Assembly: GCA_031385045.1 (NCBI GenBank)
Contig: JANNBC010000007.1
Coordinates: 1-64,000 of the forward strand
Direction of reading: 5' to 3'
Length of the DNA: 64,000 bases
Origin: a bacterium
GTDB taxonomy: Bacteria > Bdellovibrionota_C > UBA2361 > CALJRW01
Shown in pieces: positions 1-10,295 of the stretch. A model generated the notes under the pieces. The model was not told where the DNA came from and ran no database searches. It worked only from the letters and a program-made list of their open reading frames with translations. Made by a program: the position numbers and the translations under genes. How positions within the stretch are numbered: position 1 is the stretch's first letter; each line of letters opens with the position of its first letter.

Positions 1-255
1 TTGGAACTTCTGAGTGCCAATTCCCTTTAATGGTAAACATTCTTTGCGATATCTTTTGATTGCATCTGATAAGGTGTGTTTTTTCAAAAGTGGGATCTTC
101 TCACCTCTTTTGATTTTTGTTTCTTGTGATTTGATCCAGTCGTTGGCATCGGTCTTGCGATCAAAGGTCTTAGTCGATCTAATTCCCTCAATGCGAACCT
201 CTGCCCTGAAGCTAATTTTTCCGTTTGATTTTTGTCTTTTCGTAATTGTTCCCAT
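1..255 (-). CDS. Tyrosine-recombinase/phage integrase, N-terminal part (runs off the window edge)
   Basis: Manual translation from ATG at 255 (preceded by AAGGAG): MGTITKRQKSNGKISFRAEVRIEGIRSTKTFDRKTDANDWIKSQETKIKRG...HTLSDAIKRY..., typical of integrase arm-binding N-termini; starts 115 bp downstream of a tRNA 3' end. Catalytic domain not in window. Confidence 0.7.
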   Translation of the reverse strand, partial: MGTITKRQKSNGKISFRAEVRIEGIRSTKTFDRKTDANDWIKSQETKIKRGEKIPLLKKHTLSDAIKRYRKECLPLKGIGTQKFQ

Positions 256-352
256 CGTCTCTCCTTGAAAAGACTTTCAGACTGACAGGATTATTTTAGG
301 GAAGTGCCACCAAATTTGCCACCATTTTTTTCAGTGGCTTGTAAAATCTTTT

Positions 353-365
353 TAACTTATTGATT
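353..365 (-). promoter_or_regulatory. IHF-binding consensus site
   Basis: AATCAATAAGTTA on the minus strand matches WATCAANNNNTTR exactly; lies between the tRNA and the integrase. Confidence 0.45.
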
Positions 366-369
366 TTAT

Positions 370-445
370 TGGTGGGCGCTGCAAGGCTCGAACTTGCGAC
401 CCATAGCTTGTAAGGCTATTGCTCTACCAACTGAGCTAAGCGCCC
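370..445 (-). tRNA. tRNA-Val (anticodon TAC), CCA encoded
   Basis: GGGCGCTTAGCTCAGTTGGTAGAGC-A-ATAGC-CTTACAA-GCTAT-GGGTC-GCAAGTTCGAGCCTTGC-AGCGCCCACCA folds into a full cloverleaf. Confidence 0.97.
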
Positions 446-571
446 TTTTAAGGGACTTTTTAATTACTATTCGGAGGTAAGAAAGTCAAGCTTAGCGGGT
501 CGGATCTCGGTAAATCAAGGTTTTTTGTGCGATTATTTAGTATAATTAAAAATCAATGGAAATTATTTTAA

Positions 572-1105
572 CTAGTTGCATAATTGCTTAAGTTTGCCAT
601 TCTCACGAAGAATTCGGTGCAATCTTTTTGCAGAACAACTTTGGGCAACACGGTATAAACATCCCGAAATACCTTCCCCCTCATTGCAATTCATACCGCC
701 TTTAGGGCTTGATAACCAAAGTGGAATTATCCCGTAATAAAAATGAGCTCGGGAATCAATATTTTCTTCTACAAACAGATTGCTATCTTTGTAAATACTA
801 ATCTTTAAATTAAGATCATTCGTAGAATATAATGGAATTAGTCCTAAAGTTAAGATAGACAGATTAGACATTACTGTCGTACTCCAACTGGACTCCTGAA
901 TGTCATATTCGAATTTGACAGGAAAAGTCTTACCGTTACAACTAATCTCAAACTCGGCATCCTTTACTGAATCGACATAAGCTTTTTGCTTAAACTCATA
1001 TGTTAAATCTTGATCAAGCTGATCTTCTCGCAAATCGCCCTTAACATAACCAACGCAACTAGAAATTAAACAACAGAAGAAAGGTATGAGGATTTTTATT
1101 TTCAT
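572..1105 (-). CDS. Hypothetical lipoprotein
   Basis: Signal peptide with lipobox-like ISSC; internal SILTLGLIP hydrophobic motif. Confidence 0.6.
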   Translation of the reverse strand: MKIKILIPFFCCLISSCVGYVKGDLREDQLDQDLTYEFKQKAYVDSVKDAEFEISCNGKTFPVKFEYDIQESSWSTTVMSNLSILTLGLIPLYSTNDLNLKISIYKDSNLFVEENIDSRAHFYYGIIPLWLSSPKGGMNCNEGEGISGCLYRVAQSCSAKRLHRILRENGKLKQLCN

Positions 1106-1115
1106 AAAAATAGAT

Positions 1116-1170
1116 AAAAAAAGTGGCTACTAAAAAAATTTGCAATTAACAAAAATTTATAGAGCCACTT
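1116..1170 (-). terminator. Possible intrinsic terminator after lon
   Basis: AAGTGGCT...AGCCACTT interrupted stem followed by a T run on the minus strand. Confidence 0.35.
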
Positions 1171-1195
1171 CTATAAGGACAAACTAATTTAATAA

Positions 1196-3646
1196 TTAAT
1201 GAGTCATCATCGCGCCATTAGTCTGTTTTGTAGAAGTTTTAGCTTCTTCGTTTTCTTTGTCCTCTCCAAAAAGGATTTCAAAGCGAAGTTTTCTTTCTTC
1301 AATAATTCTTTGAAAATCAGCTGGCCCGTCGCAAACTAATCCTTCAAAGATTACTTGATCTACATGACTAACAGGAATTAATTCCAAATCCTTACGAACT
1401 GCTTCGGGAACTTCTTCGATGTCATTTTCATTCTCAGCTGGGAACATTACACGCTTAATACCAGCGCGGTGAGCGGCTAGAGTTTTCTCTTTTAAGCCAC
1501 CGATTGGTAATACATTTCCGCGAAGAGTAATCTCTCCAGTCATAGCAATATTTTTATCAATTGGAATACCTGTTAAGGCGGAAACAATTGATAGTGCCAT
1601 AGTAATACCAGCAGATGGTCCGTCTTTAGGAATTCCACCTTCAGGGACGTGAACGTGAATATCAATCTTATCATAGAAATACTTAGGCAAGCCTAACATC
1701 TCTGACCTTGACCTCACATAACTTAAAGCAGCCTTTGCCGACTCTTGCATCACATCACCAAGTTTTCCTGTAATTTGTAAGCGCCCTCTACCTGGCAGGA
1801 TTGTAGTTTCAATTACTAACATCTCTCCTCCCATTTGGGTCCAAGCCAAACCAGTAGCAATTCCTACTTGGTGCTCATCTTCACTTTGACCAAAACGGAA
1901 CTGTGGTTGACCTAAGTAATTAACGATTTTTTCTGCTGTAATTGTTAATTGATGATCTGGGCCATGTTGCACAACTAACATTGCCGCTTTACGACATAGC
2001 GTTGCTATAACTCTCTCTAAATTACGCACTCCAGCTTCTTTAGTATAGCGACGTATACACTCATAGAGTGCCGATTCATCTAAAATTAAATTCTTAGCTT
2101 CAATACCATTTTCTTTTAATTGCTTAGCAACTAAATACTTTTGGCAAATTTTTAATTTTTCTAATTCTGTATAACCAGAGATTCGAATAATTTCCATTCG
2201 ATCCATTAATGGTTGTGGAATCGTATGTAAACTATTAGCTGTAGTAATAAACATTACTTTAGATAAATCGTAATCAGCATCTAAGTAGTGATCATTAAAG
2301 GCATTGTTTTGTTCCGGATCTAAAACTTCTAATAAGGCAGATGCTGGATCTCCCCGGAAATCAGCCGTCATTTTGTCAATTTCATCTAGTAAGAATACTG
2401 GGTTACTTTTTTCAGCTTTCTTTAGTGACTGAATAATTCGTCCTGGCAGTGCCCCGATATAAGTTCTACGGTGACCACGGATCTCAGCTTCATCACGAAC
2501 ACCACCAAGAGCCATACGGACGAATTCACGATTCGTTGCTTTGGCGATTGATTTACCAAGCGATGTTTTACCAACACCTGGAGGTCCAACTAAACATAGG
2601 ATTGGTCCTTTAAGCGCACCAACTAATTTCTGAACAGCAAGGTACTCGATAATTCTTTCTTTAACTTTTTCCAAGCCATAATGATCTTCATCTAGAACAT
2701 CGGCTGCGATATCCAAATCAATTCTGTCCTCAGACATTTCATTCCAAGGGAGTCCAACCATCCAATCAATATAGTTTCTAACAACAGATGCTTCCGCTGA
2801 CATCGGAGACATCATTTTAAGCTTACGCAGCTCTTTGGCTGTTTTAGTTTTTGCCTCATCTGGCATATCCTTAGCTTCTAATTTATCTTCAATTTCTTGA
2901 ATTTCATTTTTGAAATCGTCTTTATCACCTAACTCTTTCTGAATGGCACGCATTTGTTCGTTCAGATAGTATTCCTTCTGACTCTTTTCCATTTGCTTTT
3001 TAACGCGTCCACGAATTCGGCGCTCAACTTGCATGATCTCAATTTCAGATTTCATGAAGTTTAGAACTTTCTCTAAACGCTCAGCAGGATTAATAGTTTC
3101 TAAAACTAACTGGCGATCTTCTAATTTAATATTTAGTTGGACAACAATGGAATCTGCTAAGCGACACGGATCTTCAATCGCACTGACTTGCATAATCATT
3201 TCTGGATTCACTTTACGACCTAATTTTACATAGGTTTCAAATGAAGAAACGACTGTACGCATCAAAGCTTTAACATCAGGATTGTCCACTGGCTCTGCTT
3301 CAACTTCAGTAACATTCACCAACATGAAAGAATCTTGCTGTAAGTACTGATCAATCTTAGCTCTAGTTTTACCTTCGACTAGGACACGAATTGGTCCGTC
3401 AGCCAATCTAATTAACTGAACAACTTCCCCTAATGTCCCGATGGAGTAAATATCTTTAGGACCCGGGTTACTAACCATGGCATCTTTTTGAGTTGCCATC
3501 ATAATTAATTTCTTTTCTTTTTGGGCCTCTTCAATAGCACGAACGCTTTTTTCACGACCAACAAATAATGGGACAACCTGACCTGGGAAAACCACTAACT
3601 CTTTTAGGGCTAATAAGGGAACTGGATTAGTTACTTTTGAACTCAT
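1196..3646 (-). CDS. lon: ATP-dependent Lon protease
   Basis: LON N-domain, Walker [17 protein letters not shown], catalytic PKDGPSAG...GGLKEK. Start moved to ATG 3646 because the TTG at 3670 lies in a repeat element. Confidence 0.97.
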   Translation of the reverse strand: MSSKVTNPVPLLALKELVVFPGQVVPLFVGREKSVRAIEEAQKEKKLIMMATQKDAMVSNPGPKDIYSIGTLGEVVQLIRLADGPIRVLVEGKTRAKIDQYLQQDSFMLVNVTEVEAEPVDNPDVKALMRTVVSSFETYVKLGRKVNPEMIMQVSAIEDPCRLADSIVVQLNIKLEDRQLVLETINPAERLEKVLNFMKSEIEIMQVERRIRGRVKKQMEKSQKEYYLNEQMRAIQKELGDKDDFKNEIQEIEDKLEAKDMPDEAKTKTAKELRKLKMMSPMSAEASVVRNYIDWMVGLPWNEMSEDRIDLDIAADVLDEDHYGLEKVKERIIEYLAVQKLVGALKGPILCLVGPPGVGKTSLGKSIAKATNREFVRMALGGVRDEAEIRGHRRTYIGALPGRIIQSLKKAEKSNPVFLLDEIDKMTADFRGDPASALLEVLDPEQNNAFNDHYLDADYDLSKVMFITTANSLHTIPQPLMDRMEIIRISGYTELEKLKICQKYLVAKQLKENGIEAKNLILDESALYECIRRYTKEAGVRNLERVIATLCRKAAMLVVQHGPDHQLTITAEKIVNYLGQPQFRFGQSEDEHQVGIATGLAWTQMGGEMLVIETTILPGRGRLQITGKLGDVMQESAKAALSYVRSRSEMLGLPKYFYDKIDIHVHVPEGGIPKDGPSAGITMALSIVSALTGIPIDKNIAMTGEITLRGNVLPIGGLKEKTLAAHRAGIKRVMFPAENENDIEEVPEAVRKDLELIPVSHVDQVIFEGLVCDGPADFQRIIEERKLRFEILFGEDKENEEAKTSTKQTNGAMMTH

Positions 3647-3655
3647 AGGATTATA

Positions 3656-3877
3656 TATAGTAAATTTCAAAAAATAATTGCCGAAAAAACCTAATTACGG
3701 CTTACAGCAAAGTTTTGAGCACCAAGAGAACACAATAAAGGGGCTAATAATGGCTCAAAACGACTTTCTTCAATATTTAGACTCTAAATATAGAATAATT
3801 TATTCAAAAAATATAGGGAAGATACTAACGAGCAATGTGCTTAATTTCTTACCCAATTACTGCTTGATAATGATATA
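3656..3877 (+). repeat. Degenerate copy of the dispersed TATAGT hairpin element (copy E)
   Basis: Left end TATAGTAAATTTCAAAAAATAATTGCCGAAAAA matches 14456 onward; right end TTAATTTCTTACCCAATTACTGCTTGATAATGATATA resembles 14685-14723. Confidence 0.55.
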
Positions 3878-3949
3878 GATAAGAATGAACCAGGACTATT
3901 TCAAGCCTATGATGCAGATATTATAGTATGAGTAGATCAGCTTAAAAGC

Positions 3950-5230
3950 TTAAGCTGATTCTTTTTTAGAATGATGAACAATCATTGGCTTTTCGCTCTT
4001 CATGATTGAATCCTCAGAGACAACAACTTCTTTAATTGTATCATCAGAAGGAATCTCAAACATAGTATCAAGCATTAGCTTTTCTAAAATGGCTCGAAGT
4101 CCTCGAGCACCAGTTTTACGTTCGATTGCTTTCTTAGCAACCGCTGAGATTGCTCCATCAGTAAATTTTAATTCCACATCTTCCATCTCAAACAATTTTT
4201 TATATTGTTTAGTCAGGGCATTTTTTGGCTCTAATAAAATTTTTACTAGTGTTGCTTCATCTAGCTCCTCCAGTGGAGCAACTAACGGTAATCGTCCAAT
4301 AAATTCTGGAATTAAACCAAATTGTAACAGATCCTCAGGCTCCACGTGCACTAAAAGTCGTGCCTTTTCATCTTTAATATTTAAGATGTCGTCTGATTTA
4401 CGAATACCAAAGCCCATCTTTTTATCACCTAAGCGACGACGAATTGTGTCTTCTAGACCAACAAAGGCTCCACCACAAATAAATAAGATATTCTTGGTAT
4501 CAACTTGCACAAACTCTTGTTGGGGATGCTTGCGCCCACCCTTAGGAGGAATGCTGGCGACTGTTCCTTCTAACATTTTTAATAGTGCCTGCTGAACACC
4601 TTCCCCAGAAACATCACGGGTGATTGATGGGTTTTCAGATTTACGAGTAATTTTATCGATTTCATCGATATAAATAATTCCTCTTTGCGCTAAATCAACA
4701 TCATAGTCAGCTGACTGTAAAAGGCTTTGGATAATATTCTCGACATCCTCTCCAACATAACCAGCTTCTGTTAATGTTGTGGCATCAGCAATTGCAAAGG
4801 GAACATTTAAAACCTTAGCTAAAGTTTGTGCCAATAATGTTTTCCCAGTTCCGGTAGAACCAATTAGTAGAATATTTGATTTGCCGATTTCAACTTCAGA
4901 CTTAGAATTCTTCTGAGCTTCGATTCGCTTATAATGATTATGAACGGCTACAGAGAGAACTTTCTTAGCAAATGTTTGACCAACTACATATTGGTCTAGG
5001 AAATTCATAATCTCACGAGGACGTGGGAGTCCGTCAATCTTAGCAACTTCAGTTTCTTGCCCGACCTCTTCTGCAATAATTTCATTACAAAGATCAATAC
5101 ACTCATCACAGATATGCACATTAGCAGATCCAGAAATCATCTTCCTAACTTGATCGATTGTCCGACCACAAAAAGAACATTCTGGAGTTTTTTTTGATTT
5201 GTCTGTTGTAGTTGTAGTTGATTTAGTCAC
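3950..5230 (-). CDS. clpX: ATP-dependent Clp protease ATP-binding subunit ClpX
   Basis: C4 zinc finger CSFC...[37 protein letters not shown]. Confidence 0.98.
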   Translation of the reverse strand: MTKSTTTTTDKSKKTPECSFCGRTIDQVRKMISGSANVHICDECIDLCNEIIAEEVGQETEVAKIDGLPRPREIMNFLDQYVVGQTFAKKVLSVAVHNHYKRIEAQKNSKSEVEIGKSNILLIGSTGTGKTLLAQTLAKVLNVPFAIADATTLTEAGYVGEDVENIIQSLLQSADYDVDLAQRGIIYIDEIDKITRKSENPSITRDVSGEGVQQALLKMLEGTVASIPPKGGRKHPQQEFVQVDTKNILFICGGAFVGLEDTIRRRLGDKKMGFGIRKSDDILNIKDEKARLLVHVEPEDLLQFGLIPEFIGRLPLVAPLEELDEATLVKILLEPKNALTKQYKKLFEMEDVELKFTDGAISAVAKKAIERKTGARGLRAILEKLMLDTMFEIPSDDTIKEVVVSEDSIMKSEKPMIVHHSKKESA

Positions 5231-5371
5231 AGGCGAGATTTTTTAAAAAAACTTGTACAATATGAGTCTAATGGAATTAGATATCTTAGGCAATTATCTC
5301 CTTTTGACTCACATAGCGAAACTGCCATTATTTAAAGTAATGACAGGTGAGCCAAAAGGCGAGCAGGAATA

Positions 5372-5974
5372 TTACTTATGTTGCTGATAAATTTCATCAA
5401 TCAAGCCATATTCTTTGGCTTCAGTCGTTGTCATAAAATTATCACGATCAGAATCTTTTTCGATTGCCGCCGGAGTTTTACCAGCATGCTTTCCTAAAAT
5501 ATTATTTAGCTCGGCTTTCACTCTTTTAATTTCCTTAGCATGGATTTCAATATCAGAAGCCTGACCTTGAAAACCGCCAAGTGGTTGGTGAATCATGATT
5601 CGAGAGTGCGGTAACGCAGCGCGTTTTCCAGCAGCTCCGCCAGCTAATAACACTGCTCCCATACTGGCAGCTTGTCCAATACAAACTGTCACCACATCTG
5701 GCTTGATGTATTGCATCGTATCATAAATTGCTAAACCGGCATAAACCTCGCCTCCTGGGCTGTTAATATATAAGAAAATATCTTTCTCTGGGTCTTCACT
5801 TTCTAGGTGCAAAAGCTGGGCAACAATTAAATTTGCAACCATACTATTTACTTCCGTTCCTAGAAAAACAATTCGCTCTTTCAGTAAACGTGAATAAATA
5901 TCATAAGATCTTTCCCCCCGACCAGTTTGCTCAACAACGTATGGGATATATGACATGACTGTTTCTTTATTCAT
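5372..5974 (-). CDS. clpP: ATP-dependent Clp protease proteolytic subunit
   Basis: [25 protein letters not shown]. Confidence 0.98.
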   Translation of the reverse strand: MNKETVMSYIPYVVEQTGRGERSYDIYSRLLKERIVFLGTEVNSMVANLIVAQLLHLESEDPEKDIFLYINSPGGEVYAGLAIYDTMQYIKPDVVTVCIGQAASMGAVLLAGGAAGKRAALPHSRIMIHQPLGGFQGQASDIEIHAKEIKRVKAELNNILGKHAGKTPAAIEKDSDRDNFMTTTEAKEYGLIDEIYQQHK

Positions 5975-5979
5975 TTAGC

Positions 5980-7374
5980 TTATTCCTTAGACTTTGATTT
6001 AGTAGCTTTTTTAGCCTTGGCTGGTGCTTCATCAGTTTCAGCTGACTTGCTTTCTTTTTTAGGCTTAGCATCTTTTTTGGGAGAAGCTTTCTTCTCACTT
6101 CCAGTTGTACCACTAATCTTTGACTCTAAAAAGTCAAAAACTTTTTTAGTAGTAATTTCTGACTGTAGTGATTGAGCAAGCTGTTGATTATTAAGATATA
6201 AATCTTGTAACAATTTCAAATCCATTCCAGAATCTGAAGCTACTTGCTCGACATGACTCTGTAAGTCTTCGCGTGTCGCCATTAACTTTTCTTGTCTAGC
6301 AATTTGCATTAAAGCTAAGCCCGAACGTAATTGCTTTTCAGCTCTCACTTGAACTTCAACAGGCACTTTCTGTAAATCATCAGCTGATGGCTCTTTCCCA
6401 GAAGCTTCTTGGAACATTGCTTTCAATTCTTGATCAACCATTAATTTTGGAACATCAAAATGATTAGCATCTAAGATTGCTTGAATGATTGCCTGTTGTC
6501 GATTCTGTTCCCAATAACGCTGATTTTCCTTTTCAATTGTGGTGGCAAGTTTTGATTTTAAATCTTCAACTGTTGAGGCATCTTGAAACTTTAAGTCTTT
6601 AACAAACTGCTCATCTAATTCTGGGAGCTCCCGTTCCATAATTTCTTCAACTCGCAGATGATAAGTAATCGTCTTTCCAGCTAGAAACTTATGATCACTG
6701 CCTTCCGGATAGGCAATTGTTGTTTCAAAGTCCTTGCCAATTTCTAGACCGATTAATTGATCTTCTAGTTCAGTTGGTAAAAACTTATCACCTAGCGGAA
6801 TATTAATTTTCTCTTCCGCAGAGAACTCTTGATCTCCTTCACGCTCTTGGTAAACACCGACTAAGACATCGCCTTTTTGAACTTTTTTGCGTTTCTCGAT
6901 CTTAGTTAACTTTGCTTTGCTATGAGCAATACGCTTTAAAGCTTCATCAACTTCTTTCGCTCCAACTGCTGGCATTGCTGGTAAAGCAACACTTAACTGA
7001 TCATATCCTTCAATTGTTGGTCGTGGAAAAAAGTAAACGGTAGCTTTAAACTCCAGCGGTTTTTCTGGATCAAGGCTAATAAAATCCACTTCTGGCTGTC
7101 CAATTAAATCAGCAGCTCGCTCCATCTCTTGGATAGTTTTATTTAAGGCTTCACGCGCGACAGTATCAATTGCGTCCATCCGGGCACGACCACCATAGAT
7201 GCCTTCAATCATCTTACGAGGCGCCTTTCCAGGACGAAAACCTTTTAGGTTAGCTTTCATCGAAGCTTTTTTAATTTCTTGCTCATAAGCCAATTTTGTC
7301 GCCTCAACTGGAATTGTGATTAATGCTTCTGTGGTAACAGAATTCACGTTAGTAATTTGTTTATTAAAGTCCAT
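5980..7374 (-). CDS. tig: Trigger factor
   Basis: GFRPGKAP ribosome-binding signature; canonical tig-clpP-clpX-lon synteny. Confidence 0.93.
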   Translation of the reverse strand: MDFNKQITNVNSVTTEALITIPVEATKLAYEQEIKKASMKANLKGFRPGKAPRKMIEGIYGGRARMDAIDTVAREALNKTIQEMERAADLIGQPEVDFISLDPEKPLEFKATVYFFPRPTIEGYDQLSVALPAMPAVGAKEVDEALKRIAHSKAKLTKIEKRKKVQKGDVLVGVYQEREGDQEFSAEEKINIPLGDKFLPTELEDQLIGLEIGKDFETTIAYPEGSDHKFLAGKTITYHLRVEEIMERELPELDEQFVKDLKFQDASTVEDLKSKLATTIEKENQRYWEQNRQQAIIQAILDANHFDVPKLMVDQELKAMFQEASGKEPSADDLQKVPVEVQVRAEKQLRSGLALMQIARQEKLMATREDLQSHVEQVASDSGMDLKLLQDLYLNNQQLAQSLQSEITTKKVFDFLESKISGTTGSEKKASPKKDAKPKKESKSAETDEAPAKAKKATKSKSKE

Positions 7375-7633
7375 ATTTAGATCATTTTTGTTGTAAATTT
7401 TCCTACTGGTATACCAATAGTTCTAGGCATAGTAAACAGTTACAGGAATCAAGAAACTAACAGCCTGATAAGCAATCCACCGTCGCAAAATAGAGATATT
7501 AGTATCTGACTTGCCTGATGATGCTTTGGCAGATGTTGAATCTGCCTTTAGTATACTTGCTATATTAAAGGGAGATTCAACACTTGTAAAAAATTTTAAA
7601 TTGATTATTATGCACTTCCTACTCAATAATTAT

Positions 7634-7713
7634 GCGGGGGTGGTGGAATTGGCAGACACGCTAGACTTAGGATCTAGTGCTTCGGCGTGAGGGTTCAAGT
7701 CCCTCCTTCCGCA
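7634..7713 (+). tRNA. tRNA-Leu (anticodon TAG), CCA not encoded
   Basis: GCGGGGGTGGTGGAATTGGCAGACACG-CTAGA-CTTAGGA-TCTAG-TGCTTCGGCGT-GAGGGTTCAAGTCCCTC-CTTCCGCA, with a variable arm. Confidence 0.96.
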
Positions 7714-7751
7714 TTATTTATTTAAACAATTAAAATTGTTTAAATAAATAA
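7714..7751. repeat. Perfect AT-rich inverted repeat directly after tRNA-Leu
   Basis: TTATTTATTTAAACAATT-AA-AATTGTTTAAATAAATAA (18 bp arms). Confidence 0.7.
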
Positions 7752-7898
7752 CAACGCCATAGCACAAAGTGCGACGGCGTGTTCTAAGAATCTTCAAAAT
7801 CTACAATTTATCAAAATTAGTCACCCGTTAATTAATAGGGCCTATAATTCTTAGGGGCACATGCAGATTCTAAAAAATTTCAAATCCTCAATCCCCAC

Positions 7899-10295
7899 CT
7901 ACCGATTCTTAACAAACCAATACTTTTCTTTATAAATACTTCGCAACTCTGGATTCTGTTCCTGTGTATAAGCATCAACAATCAACTTCATTGCTCCAAC
8001 ATCATTAGTATCTAATTTTTGAATAACTAATTTACGAATTTCAACGTTGGGATTTTTTAATAAATTTAACTTTTGAGCTAAACCAATACTGTCGGCATGA
8101 TTTTCGATAAAAAGCGTGGCCATTCGTTCATCTGGGGCAGATAACAAAGCATTTTGTAAGATGTGATTTTGTAAATCTTTTTCAAAAACTTTTAAGGCTG
8201 ATAAAATTTCTTGGGCACTAAAATTTTCAGAACCAGCTAAAACTGCCAAGGGATCCGCAAATTTCTGACGTTGTTCCCATTTGTTTTCTTTTAACCAAGC
8301 AACAATGCCTTTCCCAGGGTTAGATTGTAGATTTCTTGTTGCTAAGCTATCTAAAACCATAATCTTCTCTTGGTCTTTTTCTAAAATTGCTATCAAGGAG
8401 AATAATAGTTCCTCTGCTTGCGGTGACTGCCAAGTAACAATCCGATTTAAGTAAGAAGCATCAATTTTATCAACGGCAACCATAATCAAAGCTTCACTAA
8501 GCTCAACATTTAAATCTTTATTGCCAAGAATTGCATTTAAAAAACGAGCCTTTAGTTTAGAATAAAAATTCTTACTAATTGTTAGTTGCACTAAATCTTT
8601 AAAGACTTGTTGGTCACGCTTAGAAAAGTATTCCAATAAAACTTTCAGGTCATACTCTGTCAGTTTGGAGTAATTTGCCCTGATTTGCTCTGAAAAAATT
8701 TGGTGCAATGCTTCATGGTGCATGATTAATGCTAAGCCTGAAAGCTCGCTCGCTGATTTAATCCCAAAGCTTTCTCCAATTTGACTCTCAAATAAAGGTT
8801 TAAAGCCCTCAGGTTGCTTCAGGTCAAAATATAAAGCTGCAGTTAATCTTGTGGCAATGTTTAAATCTTCTTTATTGATTTTCTCAATTGACTCTAATCT
8901 ATTCTTTAAGGGCATTGCTGGATCTAATAACTTTAATACTTTTCCATAGACGGGGCTTTTTGTGTCTTGATTTCCATAACGCAACCACTGCTCTAACTGA
9001 ATAGCAGTTAAGGGAAAAGATGATTTTTGCAATTTTTGAACAATGGCAGATTGCGAATTTTTAATCAGCAAATCATCCTTGCTATTATCAGCACTAGCAA
9101 CTAACAATCCATAACTCAAGGGATCTGGCGAATCCGCCAAAGATTGAATCTCGGCAATCTTATCTTTTAATTCAGCACTGATATTAGCGATTTGAGCAAT
9201 CGATTTTGTTAACTCGGGATTACCTCCCGAGAAAGGAGCAGTTGCTTCATTAATTTCACGCGCTAAAGTTTGACGATAGTGACGATAAAAAAGTAATCCC
9301 GTAATTAATGACGCTAGAAGGACAAATGCAATGACCGAAAAAATAATTGTATACGCATTATTGGCTAGTCGTTTAGCTAAAGATTCTTGATACTTTTCCA
9401 AATGTAGTTGTTCTTTAGAGCGAATTGCTGGGAGAACATTGACAATTGGCTCTACGGCAATACTTTCACGCCGATCACCAAGTTTAGTGCGTTCATTAAT
9501 AGCAACTAGGGCTTCAATTAATTCCCCTGCTGTCTGAAAGCGATCTTCAGGATTAATAGAAATAGCTTTTTCTAATACTTCAAGTAAGAAAGGAGGTAAT
9601 TGATTTTTAAAAGTATTTTCAAGTGTATATTCAATTTTTGGCTGTCCATCGAGCCCAAGTTCGATTTCAACTGGTAAGCGATTTAAGATTAGATAGAAAG
9701 CAATCATTCCGAGTGAATAAACATCACTACGGGTAGATACATGATGATTAAATATTTCAGGAGCAAGATAAGCAACTAATTGGGAATCAAACCCCGCCAA
9801 GTCACTACTCGTAAAATTTATTGGTAGCTTAAGAATTGCTGTCAGATCAACGCCACCTGAATTATTTAACCAAAAAGAATTGGGATTCAAATCACCGAAA
9901 CAACAACCAGCGATATGAGCCTTATGCACAAGGCGAATAGCCTTAAATAACCTACGCTCCATCTCCTCTGGATTTCCTCTGGGTATCGCCAGATTGCTAG
10001 ATATTTTTTCAGTGAAGCTAGCAAAAGCTAAGCCATGAAAATCAATGCCATAAGTATCAAATGGGCCAAGCGGTGGATCTATTAAGTCAATATTATGTAA
10101 GTGTAAAAGACAATTATGCGCGTCAGGCGAAGATAGATTAACTGGGAATTTAGATACCCAAAATACTGTTGGTTTAGAACTTTCAACAATTACCCCACTA
10201 TATAGGTTTGCACCAAAAGTCTCGGCAATCTTATAGGAGATCTGAAAATAATCAGTATAGGGTCCAGGTGTGTGGGGGATTAAATTATCACTCAT
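7899..10295 (-). CDS. Membrane protein with degenerate Ser/Thr kinase-like (pseudokinase) domain and large helical C-terminal domain
   Basis: FGDLNPNSF, YLAPE, TRSDVYSLG, PEDRFQTA kinase C-lobe motifs but no DFG or Gly-rich loop; one TM (IIFSVIAFVLLASLITGLLFY); Leu/Ala-rich helical remainder. Confidence 0.75.
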   Translation of the reverse strand: MSDNLIPHTPGPYTDYFQISYKIAETFGANLYSGVIVESSKPTVFWVSKFPVNLSSPDAHNCLLHLHNIDLIDPPLGPFDTYGIDFHGLAFASFTEKISSNLAIPRGNPEEMERRLFKAIRLVHKAHIAGCCFGDLNPNSFWLNNSGGVDLTAILKLPINFTSSDLAGFDSQLVAYLAPEIFNHHVSTRSDVYSLGMIAFYLILNRLPVEIELGLDGQPKIEYTLENTFKNQLPPFLLEVLEKAISINPEDRFQTAGELIEALVAINERTKLGDRRESIAVEPIVNVLPAIRSKEQLHLEKYQESLAKRLANNAYTIIFSVIAFVLLASLITGLLFYRHYRQTLAREINEATAPFSGGNPELTKSIAQIANISAELKDKIAEIQSLADSPDPLSYGLLVASADNSKDDLLIKNSQSAIVQKLQKSSFPLTAIQLEQWLRYGNQDTKSPVYGKVLKLLDPAMPLKNRLESIEKINKEDLNIATRLTAALYFDLKQPEGFKPLFESQIGESFGIKSASELSGLALIMHHEALHQIFSEQIRANYSKLTEYDLKVLLEYFSKRDQQVFKDLVQLTISKNFYSKLKARFLNAILGNKDLNVELSEALIMVAVDKIDASYLNRIVTWQSPQAEELLFSLIAILEKDQEKIMVLDSLATRNLQSNPGKGIVAWLKENKWEQRQKFADPLAVLAGSENFSAQEILSALKVFEKDLQNHILQNALLSAPDERMATLFIENHADSIGLAQKLNLLKNPNVEIRKLVIQKLDTNDVGAMKLIVDAYTQEQNPELRSIYKEKYWFVKNR

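Larger units (their letters stand above)
1..370. mobile_element. Boundary (att junction) of a tRNA-Val-integrated island or prophage
   Basis: Integrase-like ORF next to the tRNA 3' end, TGCCACCA direct repeats (305-312, 317-324) and an IHF-consensus site (353-365). Confidence 0.6.

Noticed and set aside
14..268. 84 aa plus-strand ORF in the track
   Set aside because: Antisense shadow of the integrase-like ORF, which has the RBS and recognisable sequence.
3678..3878. 66 aa ORF between clpX and lon
   Set aside because: Coincides with degenerate repeat copy E; no protein features.
4002..4595. 197 aa plus-strand ORF, and similar short antisense ORFs inside lon, cpaF, miaB, pfk, dsbA and the ELWxxDGT gene
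   Set aside because: Fully overlap well-supported genes on the other strand or frame; typical shadow ORFs.
5261..5315. Possible additional single hairpin unit of the TATAGT family between clpP and clpX (weaker look-alikes near 39790-39857 and 42315-42422)
   Set aside because: Similarity is partial and could arise by chance in AT-rich DNA; needs a profile search.
7423..7626. 67 aa ORF upstream of tig
   Set aside because: Non-ATG start, no motif, occupies the divergent tig/tRNA promoter region.
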